Assembly (NCBI GenBank): GCA_017483125.1 | Contig: JAFULU010000128.1 | Coordinates: forward strand, 1-44,752 | Direction: 5' to 3' | DNA: 44,752 bases | From: Clostridia bacterium | Lineage (GTDB): Bacteria; Bacillota; Clostridia; Oscillospirales; CAG-272 | In this document: in pieces, positions 24,595-34,089 of the stretch | How the letters are laid out: each line of letters opens with the position of its first letter | How positions within the stretch are numbered: the first letter of the stretch is position 1 | Notes under the pieces: generated by a model | What the model saw: only the letters and a program-made list of their open reading frames with translations | What the model was told of the DNA's origin: nothing | Database searches by the model: none | Position numbers and translations under genes: made by a program

Positions 24595-26835
24595 ATGGAA
24601 CAAACACCATCCGTCAGTACAGACAGACTATTTGAAATACTCCGCGCCACCGGCAAGAAGTACGACCTTGCTAAGATCCAGGCCGCCTTTGCCTATGCGG
24701 ATGCCCTCCACGCGGGCCAGTTCCGCAAGAGCGGTGACGCCTACATCACCCACCCCATTGCCGTGGCCGAGATCGTGGCCAGCCTCGAGCTGGATACCGA
24801 CTCCATCTGCGCCGCCCTGCTCCACGACACCGTGGAGGACTGCGGTGAGAAGACCAACATTCAGGAGATTGCCAAGCGCTTCGGTGCCGACGTGGCCATG
24901 CTGGTGGAGGGTCTGACCAAGATCGTGGCTCTCCAGATCGACGACAAGGAGGAGGCCCACATCGAGACCCTCCGTAAGATGCTCCTGGCCATGTCCAAGG
25001 ACGTCCGCGTCATCTTCATCAAGCTCTGCGACCGCCTCCACAATATGCGCACCCTGGACGCCAAGCCCGACCACAAGCGCCGCATCACCGCCCTGGAGAC
25101 CATGCAGGTCTACGCTCCCCTGGCCCACCGCCTGGGTATGCAGAAGATCAAGCAGGAGCTGGAGAATCTGGGTATGCAGTACCTGGACCCCATCGGCTAC
25201 GTGGAGGTGCGGGACGAGATCGAGCGCAAGTACGGTATGAGCCTGGGCTTCATCGAGAACATCCGCAGCATCGTGGCGGAAAAGCTCACAGAGAACGGCA
25301 TCAAGTTCCATCTGGAGGGGCGCATCAAGACCGCCTACTCCATCTACCGTAAGATGTTCAAGCAGAACAAGTCCTTCGACGAGATCTACGACTTCTACGC
25401 CATGCGTATCATCGTGGACACCGAGCTGGAATGCTACACCGTTCTGGGTATCATCCACGAAATGTTCAATTCCATCCCCGGCCGCTTCAAGGACTATATC
25501 TCCATCCCCAAGCCCAATATGTACCGCTCCCTCCATACCACCGTCATCGGTCGGGACGGTATTCCCTTTGAGGTCCAGATCCGTACCTGGGAGATGCACC
25601 ACATCGCCGAGTACGGTATCGCCGCCCACTGGAAGTATAAGTCGGGTGCCACCTCCAAGGAGGACATGGACAAGAAGCTGGAGTGGATCGCCCGCCTCAT
25701 CGAGACCGAGGACGGCACCCGCGACCCCGAGGAGTTCATGACCGCCCTGAAGATCGACATCTTCCACGACGAGGTCTTCGTCTTCACCCCTAAGGGAGAC
25801 GTCCGCGCCCTGCCCCAGGGTGCCACCGTCATCGACTTCGCCTACGCCATCCACTCCGAGGTGGGCAACAAGATGCTGGGTGCCAAGATCAACGGCAGCA
25901 TCGTCCCCATTGACCGCGTGCTGGAGAACGGCGAGATCGTGGAGATCCTCACCTCCTCCGCCGCCAAGGGACCCAGCCGCGACTGGCTGAACATCGTCCG
26001 CACCGGTGAGGCCCGCAATAAGATCCGCCAGTGGTTCAAGCGGGAAAAGAGAGCCGACAACATCATCGTGGGTAAGGCCGCCATTGACGCCGAGGTCAAG
26101 AAGCTGGCCCCCGGTCTGCCCGAGTCCAAGCGGGCCGAGGCCGTGGCCGCCGTGGCCTCCCGTATGGGCTACTCCACCGTGGAGGATATGTACAACTCCA
26201 TCGGCTACGGAGAGCTGCCCGTGACCAAGACCCTCCGCCGCCTCAAGGACGAGGTGGAGGCCATGACCCCTCCCGAGATCCCCGAGGAGGTGGCCTCTTC
26301 CGCCAAGATGACCGCCGAGGACGTGTCCCAGGTGGTCACCGCCGCCCGCCCCCACAATCTCAAGCATAACAGCGGTATCGTGGTGGACGGAGCCGAGGGC
26401 TGTGCCGTCAAGTTCGCCAAGTGCTGTAACCCCCTCCCCGGCGACGAGGTGGTGGGCTTTGTCACCAAGGGCTTCGGCATCTCCATCCACAAGCAGGACT
26501 GTCCCAACTACGTCCAGAGCCGTGACAACATGGATCTGGTGGACCGCTGGAAGCCCGCCCACTGGGAGGGAGCCGCCAACGAGTCCAGAGGAAGCGTCTA
26601 CGAGGCCCTTCTCCAGATCCATACCCTGGATACCGTGGGTGTGCTGGCCGACATCACCGCGGCTCTGGCCGACATGAAGGTGTCCATCCTCCAGATCAAC
26701 TCCCAGAAGGCAGGGTCTGACCGCGTCATCATCAACCTCAAGGTCAGCTGTAAGAACGTGGATCACTACTACTCCATCGTGTCCCGCCTCCGCTCCCTGA
26801 AGAACGTTCTGGACGTCATCCGCGGATTCTCGTAA
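24595..26835 (+). CDS. relA: Bifunctional (p)ppGpp synthetase/hydrolase Rel
   Basis: H.GQFRKSG..YITHP, LLHDTVED, DRLHNMRT, RFKDYI, YRSLHT, EVQIRT, VFVFTPKG (TGS), KCCNP and ACT domain. Confidence 0.97.
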   Translation: MEQTPSVSTDRLFEILRATGKKYDLAKIQAAFAYADALHAGQFRKSGDAYITHPIAVAEIVASLELDTDSICAALLHDTVEDCGEKTNIQEIAKRFGADVAMLVEGLTKIVALQIDDKEEAHIETLRKMLLAMSKDVRVIFIKLCDRLHNMRTLDAKPDHKRRITALETMQVYAPLAHRLGMQKIKQELENLGMQYLDPIGYVEVRDEIERKYGMSLGFIENIRSIVAEKLTENGIKFHLEGRIKTAYSIYRKMFKQNKSFDEIYDFYAMRIIVDTELECYTVLGIIHEMFNSIPGRFKDYISIPKPNMYRSLHTTVIGRDGIPFEVQIRTWEMHHIAEYGIAAHWKYKSGATSKEDMDKKLEWIARLIETEDGTRDPEEFMTALKIDIFHDEVFVFTPKGDVRALPQGATVIDFAYAIHSEVGNKMLGAKINGSIVPIDRVLENGEIVEILTSSAAKGPSRDWLNIVRTGEARNKIRQWFKREKRADNIIVGKAAIDAEVKKLAPGLPESKRAEAVAAVASRMGYSTVEDMYNSIGYGELPVTKTLRRLKDEVEAMTPPEIPEEVASSAKMTAEDVSQVVTAARPHNLKHNSGIVVDGAEGCAVKFAKCCNPLPGDEVVGFVTKGFGISIHKQDCPNYVQSRDNMDLVDRWKPAHWEGAANESRGSVYEALLQIHTLDTVGVLADITAALADMKVSILQINSQKAGSDRVIINLKVSCKNVDHYYSIVSRLRSLKNVLDVIRGFS

Positions 26836-26863
26836 ATCTACCGAACAGTAAGGAATCAATCAT

Positions 26864-27328
26864 ATGAAAGCAGTCATTCAACGCGTGACCTCCGCCTCGG
26901 TGGAGGTGGACGGAGAAAAAATCGGCTCCTGCGGCCACGGCCTGCTCATCCTTTTGGGCGTGGCCACGGGGGACACCGAGGAGGATCTGGACCGTATGCT
27001 CCAGAAGACCGTCAAGCTCCGCATCTTCGAGGACGAAAACGGCAAGATGAACAAGTCGGTGCAGGACATCGACGGCGAGATGCTGGTGGTGTCCCAGTTC
27101 ACCCTGCTGGCCAACTACAAGCACGGCAACCGCCCCGACTATCTGGGTGCCGCCGCCCCTTCTGAGGCCAACCGCCTCTACGAGCTGTTCGTGGAAAAAG
27201 CCAAGGCCTGCGTCAAGCACGTAGGGCACGGGCAGTTCGGCGCGGACATGAAGGTGAGCCTTCTCAACGACGGACCCGTGACCATCGTCATGGAGAGTGA
27301 GGTTTTGAAGCCCGCCGCAAAGGGGTAA
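26864..27328 (+). CDS. dtd: D-aminoacyl-tRNA deacylase
   Basis: MKAVIQRV, LRIFED..GKMN.S, VSQFTL, FGADMKVSLLNDGPVT. Confidence 0.97.
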   Translation: MKAVIQRVTSASVEVDGEKIGSCGHGLLILLGVATGDTEEDLDRMLQKTVKLRIFEDENGKMNKSVQDIDGEMLVVSQFTLLANYKHGNRPDYLGAAAPSEANRLYELFVEKAKACVKHVGHGQFGADMKVSLLNDGPVTIVMESEVLKPAAKG

Positions 27329-27599
27329 ATTGCAGTTTTGCGGTGTGTTTGCGCAGGCGGAAGATAACACTCACCTAAATGCCCGCGTTCTCCCCCACCC
27401 GCTTCGCGGGAGCCCCCTCCCGGAGGGGGCCTCATACCTTGCCCCGCGGAAATCTGTTACCCGATAAGTAATTTTGCCCCGCGCCCCAAGGCTCCCTCCG
27501 GGAGGGAGCTCCCGCCCGCAGGCGGGTGAGGGAGAACGCGCACATAGAAACACGCAATTCGCTACGGGTAGCAAACTCACCGACAAACCCAAATTTGAA
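27327..27599. mobile_element. MITE/REPIN-like palindromic element (copy B)
   Basis: Imperfect termini AAATTGCAGTTTTGCGGTGTGTTTGC / GCAAACTCACCGACAAACCCAAATTT; inverted REP doublet at 27385-27432 and 27489-27539; right end is the exact 22-nt reverse complement of the copy A left end. Confidence 0.75.
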
Positions 27600-27766
27600 T
27601 ATAGCAAACCATTTCCTTTACCCAACCAAAGAAAGATACAAGCATGAACCAAAACCGCAAAGCCTCTCTTCGCAATACCCCTTCGCCTGATCCCCGCATG
27701 ACCCCTGCTACGGAGGGAACGCCCTCCGCCAATGCGACCAAAATTCAGGAATATTCGGAGAAAATC

Positions 27767-29275
27767 ATGAGACTCTATATAGAAGGACCCGTCAACAAAT
27801 ACTACATACAGACCCTCTGTATGATCTTTTTCCCGGGCTCCAAATTCTCGGACGACGAGCCTGTTACCGAGAATACCCCCGAAATGTGGGTCACCCTGAC
27901 CAAATCCCCCGAAACGGGTATTGACGTCACCGCCAAGCTCTCCTACCGCGGCCAGACCGCCGAGGTAGCCCGCCACTACGACTACGACGAGAATTACACC
28001 AAGGAACGCCGTGAGAAGATCGCTTTGGGCGACGCCGTGACCTCGGTCTGTGAGCAGGTCATGGGCTACCGCTCCTCCTGGGGTATGCTGACGGGTGTCC
28101 GTCCCTCCAAGGTGGCCACGGAATTACTCCAGAAGGGCATGAGCAAGACCCGCATCCGCAAGGAGCTGACCAAGGATTACTTCGTCATCCCCAAGAAGGC
28201 GGCCCTGGCCACCGACGTAGCCATCAACGAGGCCCGCCTCATCGGCACCCCCGGCAGAAAGGATTGCTCGGTCTACATCTCCATCCCCTTCTGCCCCACC
28301 CGCTGTGCCTACTGCTCCTTCGTCTCCTATACCTCCAAGCGGCTCCTCTCCCTCATTCCCGATTACCTGATCCGTCTGGTGAAGGATCTGGAGGAGACCT
28401 TTGCCACCATTGACCGTCTGGGTCTGCGCCTGCGCACCATCTACGTGGGCGGCGGTACCCCCACCATCCTGGAGCCGGATCAGCTGGCCTACCTTCTGGG
28501 GGCTGTGGAGCGCATGACCGACGTCCGCGCCCTGGAGGAGTACACCCTGGAGTCGGGCCGTCCCGACACCATCACCGCCGAGAAGCTGGCGGTGGCCAGA
28601 GAGTACGGCGTGGGCCGCGTCAGTGTCAATCCCCAGACCCTCTGCGATGACGTGCTCCGCAACATCGGCCGCGCCCACAACACCGAGATGTTCTACAAGG
28701 CCTACGAGACCGCCCGTGCCTCGGGGATCCCCGTCATCAACACCGATCTCATCGCGGGTCTTCCCGGGGACAGCTTCAAGACCTTCTCGGCCTCCTTCGA
28801 CGGCATCATGGCCCTGCGCCCCGAGAACGTTACGGTACATACCTTCTGCGTGAAAAAATCCGCCGAGCTGCGGAAGGAGGGACCGGACGTCTACTCCATG
28901 CGGGGCGGCGACACGGGTAAGTGCGTGGACTACTCCCAGATCCAGTGCGCTCACGAGGGGTATATTCCTTACTATATGTACCGCCAAAAGAATACCGTGG
29001 GCAACTTCGAGAACGTGGGCTTTGCCCTCCCCGGCTACGAGGGACTCTACAACATCTACATGATGGAGGAGGTCCACTCCATCTTCGCCGCGGGCGCGGG
29101 TGCCGTCACCAAGCTGGTGGATTACGCCCCCGTGGACGGCTCTCCCCGCTTCATCGAGCGGCTGTTCAACCCCAAGTATCCCTTTGAGTATCTGGACGAG
29201 TCGGGGGAGAACGCCAACCGCGAGAAGCTGGCCCGCGCCGAGGCCTTCTACCGCGAGCGGAATATGCTGGACTGA
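27767..29275 (+). CDS. hemZ: Radical SAM HemZ-family (coproporphyrinogen dehydrogenase-like) protein
   Basis: WGMLTGVRP.K, YISIPFCPTRCAYCSF (CX3CX2C), YVGGGTPT, GRPDTIT, SVNPQT, PYYMYRQKN, ENVG; usual position after dtd. Confidence 0.9.
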   Translation: MRLYIEGPVNKYYIQTLCMIFFPGSKFSDDEPVTENTPEMWVTLTKSPETGIDVTAKLSYRGQTAEVARHYDYDENYTKERREKIALGDAVTSVCEQVMGYRSSWGMLTGVRPSKVATELLQKGMSKTRIRKELTKDYFVIPKKAALATDVAINEARLIGTPGRKDCSVYISIPFCPTRCAYCSFVSYTSKRLLSLIPDYLIRLVKDLEETFATIDRLGLRLRTIYVGGGTPTILEPDQLAYLLGAVERMTDVRALEEYTLESGRPDTITAEKLAVAREYGVGRVSVNPQTLCDDVLRNIGRAHNTEMFYKAYETARASGIPVINTDLIAGLPGDSFKTFSASFDGIMALRPENVTVHTFCVKKSAELRKEGPDVYSMRGGDTGKCVDYSQIQCAHEGYIPYYMYRQKNTVGNFENVGFALPGYEGLYNIYMMEEVHSIFAAGAGAVTKLVDYAPVDGSPRFIERLFNPKYPFEYLDESGENANREKLARAEAFYRERNMLD

Positions 29276-29318
29276 TCCCCACGCCAACGGCTATTCTCCC
29301 CGAAAGGAGACTCCCAAC

Positions 29319-30287
29319 ATGAAACTGTTTTCTTCTCCCGATCCCGTCCGCCTGCCCCTGACCTTTGACAGCCCCGCCCAAGGGGTGGCTCTGGTCAAGG
29401 AGAACGAGGAGGACTTCGATGCCCGTCTGAACGCCGCCGCCGAGGCTATCTGCGCCGACTGCGTGGCCCACGGCGTGAAGGTCATCCGCCTGTCGGGTCC
29501 CACCTGCGCGGGCAAGACCACCACCGCCGACAAGCTGACCGCCGTGCTGGAGGCCGCGGGACGGGTGGTGTACCCCATTTCCATCGACGATTTCTTCTAT
29601 GGCCGCGACGTGCTGGAGGCCATGGCCGAGAGCCGCCCCGACGGCAAGCTGGACTACGATTCGGTGGCCGCCATTGACCTCCCCGCCCTGGCCGCCTGCG
29701 TCCGTGACCTCATGGAGAAGGGAAGCGCGAAGATTCCCGTGTTTGATTTCGTCACGGGCTACACCGAGGATTACCGCGACCTCACCGTCCCCGAGGGAGT
29801 GGAGCCCATCTTCCTCTTCGAGGGCATCCAGGCGGTCTACCCCGAGGTGGCGGCCCTCTTCGCGGGCATCCCCGAGCGGAGCATCTTCATCAACGTCATG
29901 AAGGAGACGGTCCTGGTCGCCCCCGACGGCACCGAGCGGGTCTTCGCACCCGACGAGATCCGACTCCTCCGCAGACTGGTGCGGGACGAGGCCAAGCGGG
30001 GCACCTCCCCCGACTTCACCCTCACCCTGTGGCACAGCGTCCGGGACAACGAGGTGAACTCCATCTACCCCTACGCCCACACCTGCGACTACGGCATCGA
30101 CTCCAACATGGAGTTTGACGTGCATATGCTGGCACCCCATCTCCGCCGCATCTTCGCCGAGCAGCCCTGCGACGGGTTGGAGGTGGAGTGGTCCCGGCGC
30201 ATCCTCGCCTCCGTGGAGGGAGTGGAGGGCATTGATCCCACTTGCCTCGCGGAGAATTCCCTGTACCACGAGTTCATTCTGCTCTAA
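29319..30287 (+). CDS. Uridine-kinase-like nucleoside kinase
   Basis: P-loop LSGPTCAGKTTT, ISIDDFF, FEGIQ, RLLRRLVRD..RG, SLYHEF; GAAAGGAG RBS before ATG 29319. Confidence 0.8.
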   Translation: MKLFSSPDPVRLPLTFDSPAQGVALVKENEEDFDARLNAAAEAICADCVAHGVKVIRLSGPTCAGKTTTADKLTAVLEAAGRVVYPISIDDFFYGRDVLEAMAESRPDGKLDYDSVAAIDLPALAACVRDLMEKGSAKIPVFDFVTGYTEDYRDLTVPEGVEPIFLFEGIQAVYPEVAALFAGIPERSIFINVMKETVLVAPDGTERVFAPDEIRLLRRLVRDEAKRGTSPDFTLTLWHSVRDNEVNSIYPYAHTCDYGIDSNMEFDVHMLAPHLRRIFAEQPCDGLEVEWSRRILASVEGVEGIDPTCLAENSLYHEFILL

Positions 30288-30338
30288 AATCACGGCTGAC
30301 CGCATACCCTGTAGGGAATCCTTTCCGCGAGGTATGCT

Positions 30339-31940
30339 ATGCTTCAAAACCGCACGACCAAACGCCCCTCCTTCCTCTCGGGGGTGGGGATCCTGACCCT
30401 GTCCTCCCTGATTGTCAAGGTCATCGGGCTTTTCTACCGCATCCCCCTTTTGAACTACCTCGGCACCGAGGGCATGGGGTACTTCAACACCGCCTACGAG
30501 CTGTACGCCCTGTTCTGCGTCATCTCCACGGCGGGGCTTCCCGTGGCCATGTCGGTGCTCATCGCCGCCTTTGAGGCGGAGGGAAACACACGGGACGCGG
30601 GGCGGGTCTTTCGGGTGTCTCTCGCCCTCTTTGCGGGGGTAGGGGGCATGGGGACTCTCCTGCTGTGGGGCTTGTCCGCTCCCTTTGCATCCCTTTTGGG
30701 CAGTCCCCTGTCTGCCGCCTGCATGCGGGCCATCTCCCCCACCGTGTTCCTCATCTGCCTGTCCTCGGCCTTTCGGGGCTACTTCCAAGGCAGGGGGCAA
30801 ATGCTCCCCACCGCCCTCTCCCAGGTCATGGAGGCGGCGGGAAAGCTGTTTCTGGGGCTGGCCTTCGCAGGCTTGGCTCTCTCAAGGGGGGAGTCCCTGC
30901 CCGTGACCGCCGCCTATGCCGTCATGGGGCTGACCGTGGGTACCGCCTTGTCGGTGGTGTACCTCCTCTGCCACAAGACCCTGACCGACCGCCGCGCCCC
31001 TCTTCCTGCCGCCTCTGCGGACGGTGGGACTCGCCCCGTCCTGAAGCCCTTGCTGGCCACCGCCATTCCCGTCACGGTGAGCGCGGGGATCATCAGCCTC
31101 ACCAAATGCATTGACCTCGCCCTCATCCTGCGCCGCCTTCAGGCCGTGGGCTATACCGCAACCGAGGCCACCGCCCTGTACGGATGCTACTCCACCCTGG
31201 CGGTGCCCGTGTTCAACATCCTGCCCTCTCTGACCACCTCGGTGGCCCTCTCCGCCACCCCCGCCCTGTCGGCGGCTCTGCAAAAGGGAAAGGAGGGGAT
31301 TCCCACCCTCAAAAAGACTGCCTCCTCGGCCTTGGGACTCACCCTGACGCTGGCGATCCCCGCCGCGCTGGGGCTTTCGGTTTTTTCGGAGGATATTCTG
31401 TCCCTGCTCTTTCGGGGTCAGCCCGCCGCCGTGGCCCAGGCCGCGCCCTGGCTCTCCTGCCTGGGGCTTTCGGTCCCCGCCGCCTGCCTCATTACGGTCA
31501 CGGGAGCCATGCTCCAGGCCGCGGGAAAGGCCCACAAGCCCATTGTCTCCATGCTCTGCGGCGTTACGGTGAAGGTGATCGTTGCCTATATCCTCTTGGG
31601 CCGCGACGGCTGGGGCATGGCGGGGGCACCCGTCAGCTCTCTGCTCTGCGATACCGTCATTGTGGTCTGCAATCTCGTTTTCATTGCCAAATACGCCCCC
31701 ACTATGCTCCCTACCCTCCGTCAGAGTGTGTCCCTCGTGGCTCTCCCTGCGGGTTTGGCGGTGGGAGCGGTGGCCTTGACCAAGCTGTTGCGCTCCCTGC
31801 TGGGCTGGCAGACCGTGACCTCACTTCATACGGTGGCTTCTGTTGCCTGCGTGGCCTGTCTGTACGGCGCGGGGCTTCTGACCGCCCTCTTACTCGGAAA
31901 ACAATTACCTATAGATAAAAAAGAAGGAACTACATCATGA
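30339..31940 (+). CDS. MOP flippase, MurJ/SpoVB/YabM family
   Basis: KVIGLFYRIPL...GTEGMGY, AGLPVAMS, FRGYFQG...PTALSQ.ME; many TMs; precedes mazG as yabM precedes yabN. Confidence 0.88.
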   Translation: MLQNRTTKRPSFLSGVGILTLSSLIVKVIGLFYRIPLLNYLGTEGMGYFNTAYELYALFCVISTAGLPVAMSVLIAAFEAEGNTRDAGRVFRVSLALFAGVGGMGTLLLWGLSAPFASLLGSPLSAACMRAISPTVFLICLSSAFRGYFQGRGQMLPTALSQVMEAAGKLFLGLAFAGLALSRGESLPVTAAYAVMGLTVGTALSVVYLLCHKTLTDRRAPLPAASADGGTRPVLKPLLATAIPVTVSAGIISLTKCIDLALILRRLQAVGYTATEATALYGCYSTLAVPVFNILPSLTTSVALSATPALSAALQKGKEGIPTLKKTASSALGLTLTLAIPAALGLSVFSEDILSLLFRGQPAAVAQAAPWLSCLGLSVPAACLITVTGAMLQAAGKAHKPIVSMLCGVTVKVIVAYILLGRDGWGMAGAPVSSLLCDTVIVVCNLVFIAKYAPTMLPTLRQSVSLVALPAGLAVGAVALTKLLRSLLGWQTVTSLHTVASVACVACLYGAGLLTALLLGKQLPIDKKEGTTS

Positions 31941-32767
31941 ATCGACTGACCAAAGAACAGCGGGACGCCAACGTCCGCTACCTGCTGGAAAAGACCACTC
32001 CCTATACCTTTGAGGATCTTGTGACCGTCGTGGAGCTGCTTCGCTCCGAGGGCGGTTGTCCCTGGGACATGGAGCAGACCCACAAGTCCATCCGCAACGA
32101 CTTCATCGAGGAGACCTACGAGGTTATTGAGGCCATCGACACCGAGGATCCCGTTCTGCTTCGGGAGGAGCTGGGCGACGTGCTGCTGCAGGTGGTCTTC
32201 CACGCCCGCATCGAGCAGGAGAAGGACGTCTTCGGCATGGAGGAGGTCTCCAACGACATCTGCGCCAAGCTCATCCACCGCCATCCCCACGTGTTCGGCA
32301 CCGTCGAGGTGGAGAATTCCGCCGAGGTGCTGAGGAACTGGGAGGCCATCAAGGGGGAGGAGAAGCAGAGAGTCACCGTCACCGACAAGCTCCGCGCCAT
32401 CCCCCCCATGTACCCCGCCCTCATGCGGGCCCAGAAGGTGGGCAAGAAGGCCGCTTGCTTCGATTTCGCCAACGCCGACGAGGTATACAGAAAGCTGGAC
32501 GAGGAGATCGCCGAGGTGAAGGCCGCCGCCGCGTCGGGAGACCAGGCCGCCGTGGAGGAGGAGCTGGGCGACCTGCTCCTGACCGTTACGTCCCTGGCCC
32601 GCAAGCTGGGGGTCAAGTCCGAGGAGGCTCTGTACCACGCCACCAATAAGTTCATCGACCGCTTTGAGCGCGTGGAGAACGCCGTGATGGACGCGGGGAA
32701 GGATATGGAGACTCTGACCATGGCCGAGCTGGACGAGATCTGGGACGGGATCAAGCACCGGAAATGA
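31937..32767 (+). CDS. mazG: Nucleoside triphosphate pyrophosphohydrolase
   Basis: LRSEGGCPWD.EQTH.S, EETYE, EELGDVLLQVVFH, KLIHRHPHVFG, second EELGDLL domain. Confidence 0.95.
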   Translation: MNRLTKEQRDANVRYLLEKTTPYTFEDLVTVVELLRSEGGCPWDMEQTHKSIRNDFIEETYEVIEAIDTEDPVLLREELGDVLLQVVFHARIEQEKDVFGMEEVSNDICAKLIHRHPHVFGTVEVENSAEVLRNWEAIKGEEKQRVTVTDKLRAIPPMYPALMRAQKVGKKAACFDFANADEVYRKLDEEIAEVKAAAASGDQAAVEEELGDLLLTVTSLARKLGVKSEEALYHATNKFIDRFERVENAVMDAGKDMETLTMAELDEIWDGIKHRK

Positions 32768-34089
32768 CCGAGACCACCCGAACCCTCAACCCCGCCGCCA
32801 CCCTCCGCCACACCCGTGACGGACGCTTCAAGACGGCGCGGCTCAGCCTCTTTACGGTGATGCCCGCCCACCCCGACGGCTCCCCTTTGACCACCTTGCT
32901 CTTCGGCATCTACCGTCGGGGCAGTGAGCATTACCCCCGCCTGGCCCTCCTCAACCGCCGCCTGGACGAGCTCTACGGCACCACCCTCACCATCCGCAAC
33001 TACCTCCACGGGGACAGCCACGTGGTGGTCTACACCGCCGAAATGCCCGAGCAGGCCTTCCTGCCCCCCGCCGATTCCCACATGGACATTCTGGGCGGGG
33101 TCATGGAGCTGCTGGCCGATATGATCCTGCGTCCTCTGCGGGACGGGGACGGCTGTCTCCGCAGAGCCGCCGTGGAGGCCGAGAAGACCGCCCTCTGCGA
33201 CAGTCTCCGCTCCCTGCGCAACGATACCCGTGCCTACGCGGGCAACCGCCTCCGCGAGATCATGTGCGCGGGGGAGCCCTACGGTCTGTCCATCGGCGGC
33301 ACCGTGGAGCAGGTGGAGGCCATGACCGTCCATGAGGTCACCAACCACCACAAGGCGTTGCTGAACGCCACCCGCATGGAGGTCTTCTACACGGGACGGG
33401 CCTCGGCCGAGACCGTGGCCGCCGCGTGGGACAAGGCCTTTGGCGGTTGGAATCCCATCTTGATCCAAACCCCGCCCACGCTCCCCCACAAGCCCCCCGT
33501 CACCCCCCGCGCCCATACCGAGGACATGGAGGTGAGTCAGGGCAAGCTCTGCATGGGCTGGTCCTGCGGGGAGAATTTCACCACCCTGCGCGATCGCCCC
33601 GACGAGCTGGCGGCCTACACCGTCTGCAACGAGCTCTTCGGGGTCATGCAAAGCTCGCGGCTCTTCCGTCACGTGCGGGAGGAGCGGGGACTCTGCTACT
33701 TCTGCGATTCCGCCCTGGACATGACCAAGGGCATTCTGTGGGTCTCCTGCGGCATCAGCCCTGAGAGCCGCGCCGAGGCCGAGACCGCCATCCGCGCCGA
33801 GCTGACCACCATCCAAGAGGGGAACATCACCCCCGAGGAGGTGGAGCTGGCCAAGCTCTCGTTGCGAAACGCCTACCGCCAGATGGGGGACAGCCAGTCC
33901 TCCCTGGAGGTCTTCGCCCTGAACCGTATGCTGGGCGGTACTCACGACACCCCCGAGGCCGAGCTTTCCCGTATCATGGCGGTGACCCCCGCCGACGTGG
34001 CGCGGGTGGCCAAGACCTTTGTACCCGACACGGTATTCTTCCTCAACGGCACCGCCCGCGGGGAAGGGGAGGAGGACTACGATGACTGA
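32764..34089 (+). CDS. M16 peptidase-like protein, inactive subunit (YmfF-like)
   Basis: RFKT, LDELYG, SQGKL.MG, SRLF..VREE.GLCY; lacks HXXEH. Confidence 0.85.
   Translation: MTETTRTLNPAATLRHTRDGRFKTARLSLFTVMPAHPDGSPLTTLLFGIYRRGSEHYPRLALLNRRLDELYGTTLTIRNYLHGDSHVVVYTAEMPEQAFLPPADSHMDILGGVMELLADMILRPLRDGDGCLRRAAVEAEKTALCDSLRSLRNDTRAYAGNRLREIMCAGEPYGLSIGGTVEQVEAMTVHEVTNHHKALLNATRMEVFYTGRASAETVAAAWDKAFGGWNPILIQTPPTLPHKPPVTPRAHTEDMEVSQGKLCMGWSCGENFTTLRDRPDELAAYTVCNELFGVMQSSRLFRHVREERGLCYFCDSALDMTKGILWVSCGISPESRAEAETAIRAELTTIQEGNITPEEVELAKLSLRNAYRQMGDSQSSLEVFALNRMLGGTHDTPEAELSRIMAVTPADVARVAKTFVPDTVFFLNGTARGEGEEDYDD

Noticed and set aside
30280-30312. Possible sporulation sigma-E promoter (CATACCCT) before the SpoVB-like gene
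   Set aside because: Only a weak -10 match with an ambiguous -35; cannot be supported from sequence alone.
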